This document shows positions 50,897 through 62,400 of a stretch of 64,000 nucleotides of DNA, piece after piece. How positions within the stretch are numbered: the first letter of the stretch is position 1; the number at the start of each line of letters is the position of its first letter. The stretch comes from Orbicella franksi (lineage: Eukaryota). The DNA is taken from NCBI GenBank assembly GCA_964199315.1, contig OZ116701.1, positions 21,824,001 to 21,888,000 on the forward strand, written 5' to 3'. The position numbers were made by a program, and so were the translations under genes. The notes under the pieces were generated by a model, which saw nothing but the letters and a program-made list of their open reading frames with translations, did no database searches and was not told the DNA's origin.

Positions 50897-51950
50897 TGGG
50901 CCTGTCCCGATTGTGCTGGGTATTTTTTTGGCACTTTTTCGAATTTGGAGTACTATTTAACATTTCCAGCACTCTTGAGCACTTAACTGACTTTTGAACA
51001 GAAATCGAGCATTTTTTGGCTTTTTAGGAAACATCTCAGCAGATTTTTCACAATTTTTCATACGTTAAATGCAATATTTTGTCCTTGAAATGTTTTCAGT
51101 AAAGCCGAGTAATTCTGTTATCATGAGTTATGAATAATTCCACCTTGTCACCTGACTGGCTGACTGTTGTCATGGAAATGCATGAGCTATGATCCTTTTA
51201 ACCGTGGGTTTGTGACTTCGTGTTTCTCAGAACTTTTAGCGCTCTTTTCTGTTCAGTGCAGGTGCTGACGAAAGCATTGTTTGTGTTGTATAGCACTGTT
51301 TCTAAACCAGTCAAATAGTATAAAGATAGAAGCAACAAATCAGCTCAGCGAGTCTGAAGACGAAAACATAATTGACCCAGTTACGGTAGCAGTAAATTCT
51401 GGAGCATTGTTAAGTGCACCACAAGCCACATCAATAGCATGGAATTGAAAATTGCCTACCAACAAAGGAATTAATTAGCAGAGCGGAAGCGCTAAAACCA
51501 CTAATGTGAGTGCATGGGAGTGTCTGAAAGAGTACCGAGGTCAACACTTTGCTGTAGTGGGAGGAGAACTTAGATGTAATGCCTGCAGAGAAAATCTCAG
51601 AGACAAGAAGAGTTCTATTGAGAGGCACACAAAATCTAAGAAGCACGAGCTGGGCTTGGCTAATATTACAAGAAATACGGCAAAAAGTTAGTCAATTTTT
51701 GTTCCTCAAATGTTGTTATACTTTATGGTCACCTCAGTATATTAGAAAATTGAGAGTTAAAAGTTTGATAAAAACAGGAGTATGTATAAACATTTGCTAG
51801 GAAATAAACAAAACACAATTGTGAGCAACTTTCATGCACTATTTCTAAATTTCAAGCACTTTTTATAGAAATCTAGCACTATTTGAGCACTTTTTTGTCG
51901 TGTTTTGAGCACTTTTTGGCAATTTTTTCAGCACAATCGGGACAGGCCTA
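50897..51950 (+). mobile_element. Internally deleted hAT element with a CGGBP1/BED-like zinc-finger remnant
   Basis: TIR TGGGCCTGTCCCGATTGTGCTG / CAGCACAATCGGGACAGGCCTA; 8-bp TSD ATACTATG / GTACTATG; ORF 51506-51691 reads GELRCNACRENL..KKSSIERHTKSKKH. Confidence 0.8.
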
Positions 51951-52047
51951 GTACTATGCATACATAAGTACTATGTCATGGAGAAAAACCATTTTCAAAA
52001 AGTTGAAAGATTAAATTCATGCTATGAAATCTCTCCGTCTTGTAAAT

Positions 52048-52460
52048 GTGACCTTTCATGTGAAAATGTGCTTTAACGACTTTCCGTTACACGGGTGAAA
52101 AGAAGAGCCATTGAACGGGTTACAAACGGGTCACCAAGCCATTGGAAACGGGTTTCAACGAGTGTTTGAACGGGTGATTAAGTATTCCGAACAGGTAGCC
52201 TAGCCGTTTGAACGGCTCAGGAAAAATTGCGAACAGAGAGCCTAACCGTTTCAATGGCTCATAACACTTTCCCAATGGGTAATGAAACTGTTCGAAGGGC
52301 TCATAAAAAATTCCGAACAGGTAACCAGACCATTTGAACAGCTCATAAAAAATTCCAAACGGGTATCTAAACCATTCGAATGGCTCATAAAAGAATTTTG
52401 AATGGGTGATCTAAACATTCGAACAGCTCATGAAATCTTCAAATGAACAGTCACTAACGG
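52048..52460 (+). repeat. Partial end related to the Sola-like element at 24485-26586
   Basis: AAAT|GTGACCTTTCA followed by CCGTTTGAACGGCTC-type arrays; partner end not found. Confidence 0.45.
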
Positions 52461-54656
52461 CTTATAAACTTGATGATTATAATTCGTTTTGTTTATTTTG
52501 AATGGTGCTGTGCCACTACACATCTCACTTAAAAATAATTTCAAATGGATGGCTTTTAATCATTGAAACTGCTCCTGTTACTACTTAATTTCACCACTGA
52601 AAGCTAAAGAAAGTAAACTTGAAAAGCAGAGAACATTCGTAACTGAGTTTGCTGAAGCAGATCAAAAAAGCTGAATTCTTATATACACAGTCGTTTATGG
52701 GAGTCCTTGTCAATTCTTTGTCTTTCAGTACAGCCCAAAAATAATGCACATGCAAGAACTTCTTTTTGCCTCCGCAAGCTGACCACTTCTTGCGGCTTCT
52801 CCATAAAAAGTCTAAACCTTGTTGAAGTCATTCTTGCTGAGAGTTTTCATTCACGAATAAATCATTTGGTAGATTTTTATAACTGATGGTGGAAGATTTT
52901 GGTCAAGTGCAAGCAACGTGTGAATCAAGAATGTCTCAAAATAACTTTTCAGATTGAGACAGAGATAAGGCCTTTAGCAACAACAGTTTGGCAACAGTAC
53001 ATTTTCGTCTCCTGGGTTCACTTAGTTTTCTTTTTCGATGACATGGAGGAAATTTCACTGTTTACAATTATTATTGCGATGTGTCCTAGAGTCCCAGACC
53101 TGCGGTGTGGTAGTGGTGTGAAATCCCACATGAAATGAGCTTGTTTGAAATGGCTTTTTCTGTTCGGAGTGTCCCTTGTGGCAAAGGTTAAAGAAACAAC
53201 ATATTTACTGGGAAGTGTAACCCAAATTTTAAAACAAGCAAGCTTCTCAGTCGACGAAAACAAGCACAGGACTATGCATGCATGGCAAAAGCGTGACTCA
53301 GTTTTCACGCATCAGTGATGTTTTAAACTCGATGCAAATTCAGTGTGTCACAACAACATGATCTTACCTATTCAAGCTCAGTGCATGCTGCTGTCCTCAA
53401 GTTTTTATTCAGTGGATTCTCTTCAAAATAAGAGGAATGCACAAGGCAGACTGATGAGATTTCAGTGTTCAGAAAATCATTTACAGTGTCTGTGCTTATC
53501 ACAACCATAGTTATACTGGTAATGTTTATTAAACTGCATTGTAAACAGGGTAGAATTTAGGAAGTTCAGCTTCTATAGGTGACTTTCAAGATTCCTTGAT
53601 TACCGTATGTTTAGAAATGCAAAATATAATTATTTTCTGCAAGAGCTCTTCACCTCTAACAATAACTTTGTGAGAAGTTTTTAAAGAAATTGACAACATC
53701 GTAGTTCTCATTTGTTTACACAAGCAGTGGTTCAGTGTGTGCTTTGAACAAAAATTGTCTTCTCTCGCAGATCACGTAAGACCCAGGTTGTTTGAATGAA
53801 TGCAAATTTCTTTCAAATGGCTTCTAAACAGAATTCCGTTTGAAAACGTAAAGCCGTTAAAGCACGTTTTTTTCGGCAATGAAATGTTGTAAAAAGATAT
53901 TTGTTTTTTTTGTACATTCAACACGTGACAATTTTTATCACCTCTTATGTGGCATGGTCACAAAGCACGTAATCAGTAATTTGCTTTACACAGCTAGGTA
54001 ACAAAAATAAGGTTTTATACTGAGAGAAATGTGTTCGTGGTGCGCAGTTTTAGCATATGGATTACATCACATCAGTCTTTTTTAATTGTTTTAAATCATT
54101 GCATCAAGGTTTGTTATGTCTGGGGGTTGGGGGTCAATTTGGCAGTTTCTTGACCTGCAAGGACGTAACGTCTTTGAACTGTGATGTTTTCTCAAAAGTC
54201 AAGCTCCCAGTCACAGTTGATGACATCCCTGCTTGAAGAGAAGTGGAAAGGTGTTTAAACCTGAAACCTTCTACCGATGCCGATATTGAATTGCTCATAG
54301 GCAATGTGCCCAAAGCTCTTGAGCCTCAAAAAAGCAGAGAAGTGAAGATGGTGATCCATATGCTGTGCAAACATTGCAAGGATGGACCATCAATGGCCCA
54401 CTTGGTAGGCCAAGTAAGTCAAGCCATACTACAAATCGTATCCAGTTTCATGCCATCTTCGTATGTTTCTGTGAAATGGAATTCAATGATTAGCAGTTCA
54501 GCATCGAGAAAGAAATGTTGCAAGACAGAATATTTTGCAGAATATTTTGACAAAGACACCATTCAGAGAGTGAGGAGAAATTTCTATGTTGATGATTGCT
54601 TGAAGTCTGCAGAAGATAACCAACAAGCAAGTTGACTGGTCAATCAGCTACGTCAG

Positions 54657-57600
54657 TGTAGTGTTTCTGTTGTGACGTGTCAGTCACATGATCACTGGTC
54701 TATTATGGGATGCGATTTACCGAAGCATGTGGTCGGAGAAATGGGAGCAGAAATAAATCTTGTTGTTGTTATTGTATAAGCTCTTTTGGTCTACTTGCGC
54801 CCGAACCACCACATTTGGCGACGAGGAAAACCGGATAAAAAGTGGATAACGAGTTTAAACAGTGGAAAACTCGCACAGATGGCCGTATCCTTGAGCGGAC
54901 TGCCAGGTTTACAAACATTCAACGCTGTGGGTGAGCCAGCTACACTCGCACAACGATGGCTAACTTGGAAAGACGAATTCGAATTGTATGTGACTGCCTC
55001 GGGAATCAGCGACCCAACACAGAAGGCGCTTCTACTTCACCTCGCCGGGCCCCAAGTCAGAGACGTTTTTAATAACTCAATTCCTGCCGACAAACGAGGC
55101 GAAGCGAAGGATTACGAGAAAGCTATGGACAGCCTATCCGAACATTTCAAACCGAGAAAAAACGCGCCGATGGCAAGACAGGCGTTTCTCGCAGCTCAAC
55201 CAACCGCTGAAGAAACCATTAACAATTTCATCACACGCCTGCAGAAATTAGCCGAACATTGTGAATACGACGGTGAAAGGGACAACCAGGTGAGAGATCG
55301 TGCGATTTCTTTCATTCAAGACAAAAACCTCAAGGCCAAGTTGTATTGCGAAGAAACATTTACATTGAGCAAACTATTGGAAATCGTTAGTCAATACCAT
55401 GACAAAGAAGCCCTCGTTCTTATCCGCGATGGCCGAGTGAATAACATATCTCCAGACGCCAAACAAGGGGGAAAATGTTGGCGGTGCGATAAAGCGGGAC
55501 ACTTCGCGAAGGAATGTCTTCGTTCGCGTGACCACAAATGCGGGAAATGTGGCAACATGGGTCATTTCGAAGTGTGCTGTCACTCCAAACAGAGTAAAGG
55601 GCGAGATTCTAGTTGCAGTTCGAGTCGTGGTTGTGGAAACGAATACCGTGGAAACTCTGGAAGAAAGCAAAGCCGTGGATGAAGAGGAGGAAGTTCACAG
55701 GGCCAACGTGATGTACGCCAAGTAACCGAAGACGTGACTACTGGAAACTCCGCAAGGAAGGATGATTTCTACGTGTTCTACACTGGGGAGACAGATGACG
55801 GGAACACTCTGAAGCTGGAGATTGCAGATAAGACTATGAACGTTATTATAGACTCTGGTGCTAGTTGTAATTTAATGTCCGAAGAAGTATTTAACCTTGT
55901 AACGGGGGTAATGTTAAATTGTTGGAGTGCAACAAAAGAGTTTTTGCTTATGCATCTGAAGAGCCACTCCAAATCAAAGGAAAATGTAATCTTGATGTAC
56001 GTGTGCCACAAACCCAAAAGTCCCTGAATGTTGAGTTTTATGTTATGCTTGGCAAAGCTGCGACGCTATTAGGCCGCGATGCATCTGAGTTGCTTGGTGT
56101 TTTAAGGGTTGGTATCCCTGTTAACAGCTGTGATGTTGAATCTGATGGTGCTAGTGACAATCCAAAACAAGCAGATAGAAAGGCCTCCCTAAGGGCAAAG
56201 TTTCCCAAAGTTTTCCAGGGCCTGGGGAAGCTCAAAGGGTACCAGCTCAAGTTACACATTGATGAAAAAGTACAACCAATTGCTCAACCCCCACGCAGAA
56301 TTCCTTTTAGTAGACGAGAAAAAGTCACGGAGAAATTGGAAGAGTTACTGAAGCTTGATGTTATCGAAAAAGTAGAGGGACCTACCAGCTGGGTCAACCC
56401 CTTAGTAGTGGTCGAGAAGCCTAACGGTGACATTAGAATCTGTCTAGACATGAGACAAGCGAACCAAGCCATTGTGCGGGAGAAACACCCAGTCCCCACC
56501 GTAGAGGAAACACTCCAAGAAGTCTCGAATGCCAAAGTTTTCTCTAAATTAGATTTAAATATGGCTTTTCACCAAATTGAGTTACACCCAGACTCAAGGG
56601 ACATTACAACCTTTGCTGCACCTAATGGCCTTTACAGATACAAGCGCCTGCTTTTTGGTGTAAACATGGCCACGGAAAAATTCCAGCAAATTGTTTGGCA
56701 GATCATCCAAGACTGCCCAGGGGCATACAACCTGCACGATGACCTACGAGTTGTTGGCACAAATGATGAAGAGCATGACGAAAACTTAGAGAGGGTCATG
56801 CGCAAGCTTGAAGAAAGTGGGCTTACGCTTAACTATGATAAATGTGAAATTGGTGTTGGCAGCATGATCTACATGGGTGATGTACTCTCTGGGGAAGGGC
56901 TGAAAGTGTCTAGTCAACGTGTGAAAGCTATTGTTGAGGCACCAGCACCCCAAAACCCATCAGAAGTAAGAAGTTTTCTTGGCTCCGTGCAGTTCTGTTC
57001 AAAGTTCATTCCCAACTTTGCATCAATATCGAGTCCATTGTGGGACCTCACCGCAAAAGACATCAAGTGGAAGTGGGGAGTAAAGGAAGCAAAGTCATTC
57101 CAAGAGATAAAAGACCGGCTGACTCGTGCACCAGTGATGGCATATTTCAGACAGGGCGCAGAAACTCGTCTGACAACCGATGCATCACCAGTGGGAGTTG
57201 GGGCGATTCTGGAACAGAAGCAAAAAGATGGAAGCTACAGGCCAATATATTATGCCAGCAGAAAGCTGAGTAAGATTGAAATGAGGTACTCCCAATTTGA
57301 AAGAGAAGCTCTGGCTGTAAGGTGGGCTTGTGAAAAGTTCTACTTGTACCTCTATGGCATTAGCTTTGAAATCTGCACTGATCACAAGCCTCTTCTCATC
57401 GTACTCGGAGCAAAGTCAAAGCCCCCATCAGCACGAATAGAAAGATGGTTTCTCTACTTACAGCAGTTCCAATACAAGTTGACACATATACGGGGCAAGG
57501 ACAATGCTGCAGACGTCCTGAGCCGCCTACCGGTGGGTACTACCCATGATCACGAAACTCAAGCTGCAGAAGAGTTTGCGTACAGCGTAGTAAGTGAGGC

Positions 57601-59255
57601 TGTACCAGCTGCGTTGGTGCCAAAGGAAGTTGAAATCGCTTCTGAAAAAGACCCAACGCTAAAGATGTTACGGCAGGCTGTAATGACAGATGATTGGAGC
57701 CAGTTACAAGGCACAATTTACAAAGCAGTTAAAGATGAACTGTGGGTGGTAGGACAGGTGGTGATGAGAGGAAGCCGTATCCTCATTCCACAGAGCCTTC
57801 AAAAGCGCACCATAATGTTGGCTCACGAAGGACACCAAGGTATGGTCCGAACTAAAGCCAGGTTGCGAGAGAAAGTATGGTGGCCACGAATGGACAAGCA
57901 AGTAGAGCAAGCAATACGAACATGTCACCCCTGCCAGCTTGTCGGACCCCGATCCAAACCAGAGCCGGTGAGATCAACCAGACTACCAGACTCCCCGTGG
58001 CAAGAAATCTCAGTTGACCTTCTCGAGATTACAAGTGGAGATCACCTCCTGGTAGTTGTAGACTACTATTCTCGCTGGATCGAAGCTGTCGTTCTCAAGA
58101 AAACAGATGCACAAAATGTAATCAAGTCCATGGAGGCTATTTTTAGAACACATGGTCTACCAGAGACTGTCCGTAGTGATAACGGACCTCCATTTGCATC
58201 CAAGGAATTCGAGGGATTCCTAGAGTATCTAGCAATTGAACACAAAAAGGGCGTGCCCTATTGGCCCCAAAGCAATGGAGAGGTGGAGCATTGCAATGGG
58301 ACCTTACTGAAAATCGTGAGAATCACGCGCCTAGAGGGTAAAGATTGGTGAAAAGCACTCGCAGACTTTCTATTCCAGTACAGAGTTACCCCTCATACTG
58401 TTACTGGGATATCACCAGCAGAACTACTGATGGGGAGGGAGCTACGTGACAAACTTCCAAAAGTCCAAATCCCCAAGGATCGAGCCACTGAAGCACAGTG
58501 GCAGCTGCTCTTAAAAGAGAGGGATGCTCATGCTAAACTTAGACAGAAGGAGTATGCAGACAGAACACGCGCTGCCAAATTCAGCGACATTGAAGAGGGT
58601 GATCAAGTCCTACTGAAACAGGTTCGAGAGAACAAACTCTCACCCAATTATGAACCTGAGCCATACAAGGTCGTTCACAAAGATGGAAATGCCGTCATAC
58701 TGGAAGATACCAATGGGAACAATAAAATGCGAAACATAGCCCACATGAAGAAATTTGTTGCACCTGAAACCACTGAAAAGGAAGACCAGGTACAGCCAGC
58801 ACAACTACCCCAAGAGCCAGACCAGGTGGAACAAACGCATCCAATGACAATTGCAAGCCAGCCAGCAGAGGTGCAAGAGACTCCACCCAACCCTTTGCCG
58901 GACGATTCAGTTGTTTTGCGACCTGCGCGCTCTAGACAACCACCCGCCTATTTAAAAGACTACGTATGCACTTAGTTTTAGAATGTGCAGGAGACATAAA
59001 GAGAGAGACTGTTTGTTTTAAGGACTATTAATTAGATTTGTAATACTGTTCATTTAGTTCTTCTCTAGTGCTGACATTTGTAATAACTTAGGGGGAGATG
59101 TAGTGTTTCTGTTGTGACGTGTCAGTCACATGATCACTGGTCTATTATGGGATGCGATTAACCGAAGCATGTGGTCGGAGAAATGGGAGCAGAAATAAAT
59201 CTTGTTGTTGTTATTGTATAAGCTCTTTTGGTCTACTTGCGCCCGAACCACCACA
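54657..59255 (+). mobile_element. Young full-length Ty3/Gypsy LTR retrotransposon (Mag-like)
   Basis: 157-bp LTRs (54657-54813, 59099-59255) with 1 mismatch; 5-bp TSD GTCAG; PBS TGGCGACGAGGA 54816-54827; PPT AGGGGGAGA 59090-59098. Confidence 0.97.
54879..58975 (+). pseudogene. Gag-pol with two in-frame TGAs (55680, 58349) and one frameshift (~55905)
   Basis: Two CCHC knuckles, IDSGA, LHDD, TDAS, HEGHQG..CHPC, VDLL, SDNG, QSNGEVE; frames checked from the ORF coordinates. Confidence 0.93.
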
Positions 59256-59482
59256 GTCAGTTGTTACCCAAAGGAGGTTTCCATTTAACAAAATGGATTT
59301 CGAATGCCTATAATGTCATCCAGTCAGTCCTGGTGTCTGAGAGAGCTGGATCCATCAAAGAGCTCGGGAACTTACCTGTTGAGCGTGCCCTCGAAATTCA
59401 GTGGGATGTCCATTCAGATACACTCCATTTCAAGATTGTTGTGATGGACCGACCCCCAACAAGGAGGGGTATTTGGGCATTA

Positions 59483-62400
59483 TGTAATGTGTCACATTAT
59501 GTGACTGAGTGTGTGACATTATGACATCAACAAAATCACGTGATATGAGAGAGTCCGACCTCATGCGAGATATGTTTTTGTACTGTACTTTTACAGTCGG
59601 TCGATATATTGTATGACTGTAGGTGTTCATAGTCAGTTGGATTATTTACTAGTTCCAGCACAGTAAAGGACAATTCACCAATTAAAGCAGATAATATGTT
59701 GGCAACCCTGCCAGGATGGACAATTGTTTTGTGTGGAACCCGTTCTCAAGAACATGTGTTCAAAGAAATGCTGATCAGAGGAACGGAGGCAAATTACCGT
59801 GGTCTACATATCCTCTAATAAATGCAATAGGACACAAGTAGAGACAAGTGAGGCCTTACTGGAAGAAAGATGACAGATTCAGAGCTCGAAGAATTACAAC
59901 TCCAAGTTGAGGGAGGAATTTGTAAGTTCCCAATCTCGGAAATGGAGCAGTTAGTGGACCACATTGGTCTGGAATTGAAGGAATACAAAGGAAAGAGTAA
60001 GCTTGCCATGTTGAAAATTGTCTGTGTTAAAGTCAAGGATGAGCTTAGAAAAACAGAAAACAAGTTTGAATATCTTACAGAACTCCAGAATTTTATTACT
60101 GGGATGCTGCTGCCATTCGAAGATGTAAAAACTGCCCTGAGGAGAGATTTTAAGATTATGGGTGTTGTTGGAAAGAGAGGAACAAAAGGACTGATTGCCC
60201 TTCCTCAGTTTAATTCACCAAATAGATGCAGGGATGGAGAAAGGATACAAAGAACATGAAATAATTGATGCAGTTATTCGTGCTATCAGCCCCAGTTTAA
60301 AGTTGAGATCGCATTTAGAAATCATGAAAGAGCTTACATTGGCAAGCCTAAGGCAGATGTTACCAGCCTATTACCAGCAGAAGTCAGGCACTAAACTGTA
60401 TCAAGAACTTACAACAATGTGCCAATCACCGAGGGAAACTCCCCAAGACTTCTTAATCAGGGCCCTTGATCTAAGGCAACAGGTCTTCTTGGTATCACAA
60501 GCTAAGGGTGGTATTGTTGAATAAGAGCCATCGCTGGTTCACCCCTTGTTTTTGCATGCTAGTGAAACTGGTCTTCAGGATGAAGCTGTCCGAAAGAAAC
60601 TGCAGCTGCTCCTCCAAAAAGCAGAAGTCACAGATGAAGAGTTGATGGAACAAATCAATATGGTTGTATCTGAAGAGTCTGAGTGGAAAGGTAAGCTTGG
60701 AGCAACCTATCACAAAGATGTCAGGGTTAACTCCCTAGAAGTCAACAGTGATCAGGCTGAGCTAAGTGGTCAAACACAGCCGAAGAAGTCTGGGTCAAAG
60801 AACGAAATGAAGTCTGATAGGCCTGACAGGCTAATGGTCAATCTAGAGATGGTTCAATTGGATATTGCTGTTCTGAAAGAAGCTATGGCCTCCCAGAATG
60901 CCAGCAAAAGAGAGAGAGAGTCCAATACAGGTACCCATTCAAAAATCACAGGAGAAATGTCTGCCAATCATGCCAAAGAACAAACCAAGAGTTCTGTGAC
61001 CATTGTTTCAGCTGCGGTTCAAGTGACCATTTTGCACGGGGATGTCAAAGGGGTGCAGCCAGTGTAAAGGTAAAGGTAAACTTTATTTAGCCAGGGTGGC
61101 CCATTCAGCAACAAGAGGGGCCCTGGACTAAAAATATCATACTTAAAAATACAAGACATCATGATAATCTAAAAATACAAGATAAAATTTAAAAAATACA
61201 AGAAAATACAAGTGTACCAAATCAGGGAAACTAATGGAGGCTACCAGTGCAGGACAGGGAGTAGCTGATCACCATGTGAAAAGGTGCCATGTTTGTGTTA
61301 AGTGTGGCAGGAAAGGAGTATCCCTAAAGCAGTGATCCAAGTTTCAGTCTGTATATTACTGTTCTCAGAAATGCCAAAGCACCTGTCTAACAAGGAGAAA
61401 AGGGGAAGAGATGCATGGGTCAGTGTGTTATGAACAATGTGGAGACCCAAGCTTTGCGGGACACTGGTGCCCAAGTTTTATTGTTTCTAGGGATTGGATT
61501 GCTGATAACCTGTCCACAGCTGGAGTTGTTGAATGGATGAACATCTTAATGACAAAGTACTTGATCTGAAAGCAGCTAACAGTACTGAAATCCCATATGA
61601 AGAATGGATTGAAGTTTCTTTCAAACTTGCGACCTCAGATGACAAACATGGTATGTCAGTGCCCTTCCTGGTTTCAATGGATACTCTGGATCACCCTATT
61701 GTCAGATACAACGTAATCAAAGGAATTGTGAAAACCCTGTCAATGATTCTCCAAATGATCATAAAGAGACATTAGTCAATGCCTTAAGCACAAGCCTTCC
61801 AAATGCAAAGAAGGAAAATGTTAAAGCCTTAATTGGTCTCATCAGGACAAACATCTCGAGAGAACTGTGTGGAGTAAAAGTAACAAAGAAGGATGTGGTA
61901 ATTCCAAAGAGTGAGACAATGGTAGTTTCTTGCTCTGTAAATACTGGCCCAACTGAATCAAGACTTCCAGTATTGTTTGAACCAGACATTGAATCACCTT
62001 GGCCACCAGGGCTTGAGGTCCCTGAAACATTAGTAACTCTCAGAGGTGGTGCTTCGTCGCATATCAGAATTCAAGTCAAGAATACCACAGACCACGACAT
62101 CACCTTGAAGAACAGGACAATGCTAGGCAAACTTGAATTAGTCAAATCTGTAACACCACTGGAAGTAAAAAAGAAAGAGAATGAAGAAAGGTCAACAGAC
62201 TGCATTTGTCCTGCCAACAACTCATCTGAGGAGGGAGAGGAAGTCAGATTGCAATCAGATACACCTGTCATGAAGGAATGTCAAAGTGAGGCCAGCAATC
62301 CAACTCCAGATGTCTACTTGGGGGACCTAACAGAAGACCAGAACATTCCAGTGGAGACCATGCTTATAGAGAAAGCAGATTCCTTTTCGAAAGATGACAA

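Larger units (their letters stand above)
54330..59480 (+). pseudogene. Old BEL/Pao pol remnant interrupted by the Gypsy at 54657-59255
   Basis: [18 protein letters not shown]; RRNFYVDDCLKS..QLRQ | LLPKGGFHLTKWISN..LPVERAL.IQWD..RPPTRRGI, rejoining in frame across the insertion. Confidence 0.85.

Noticed and set aside
52500-53650. Coding-like stretch after the Sola-like end
   Set aside because: No frame stays open and no motif was recognised
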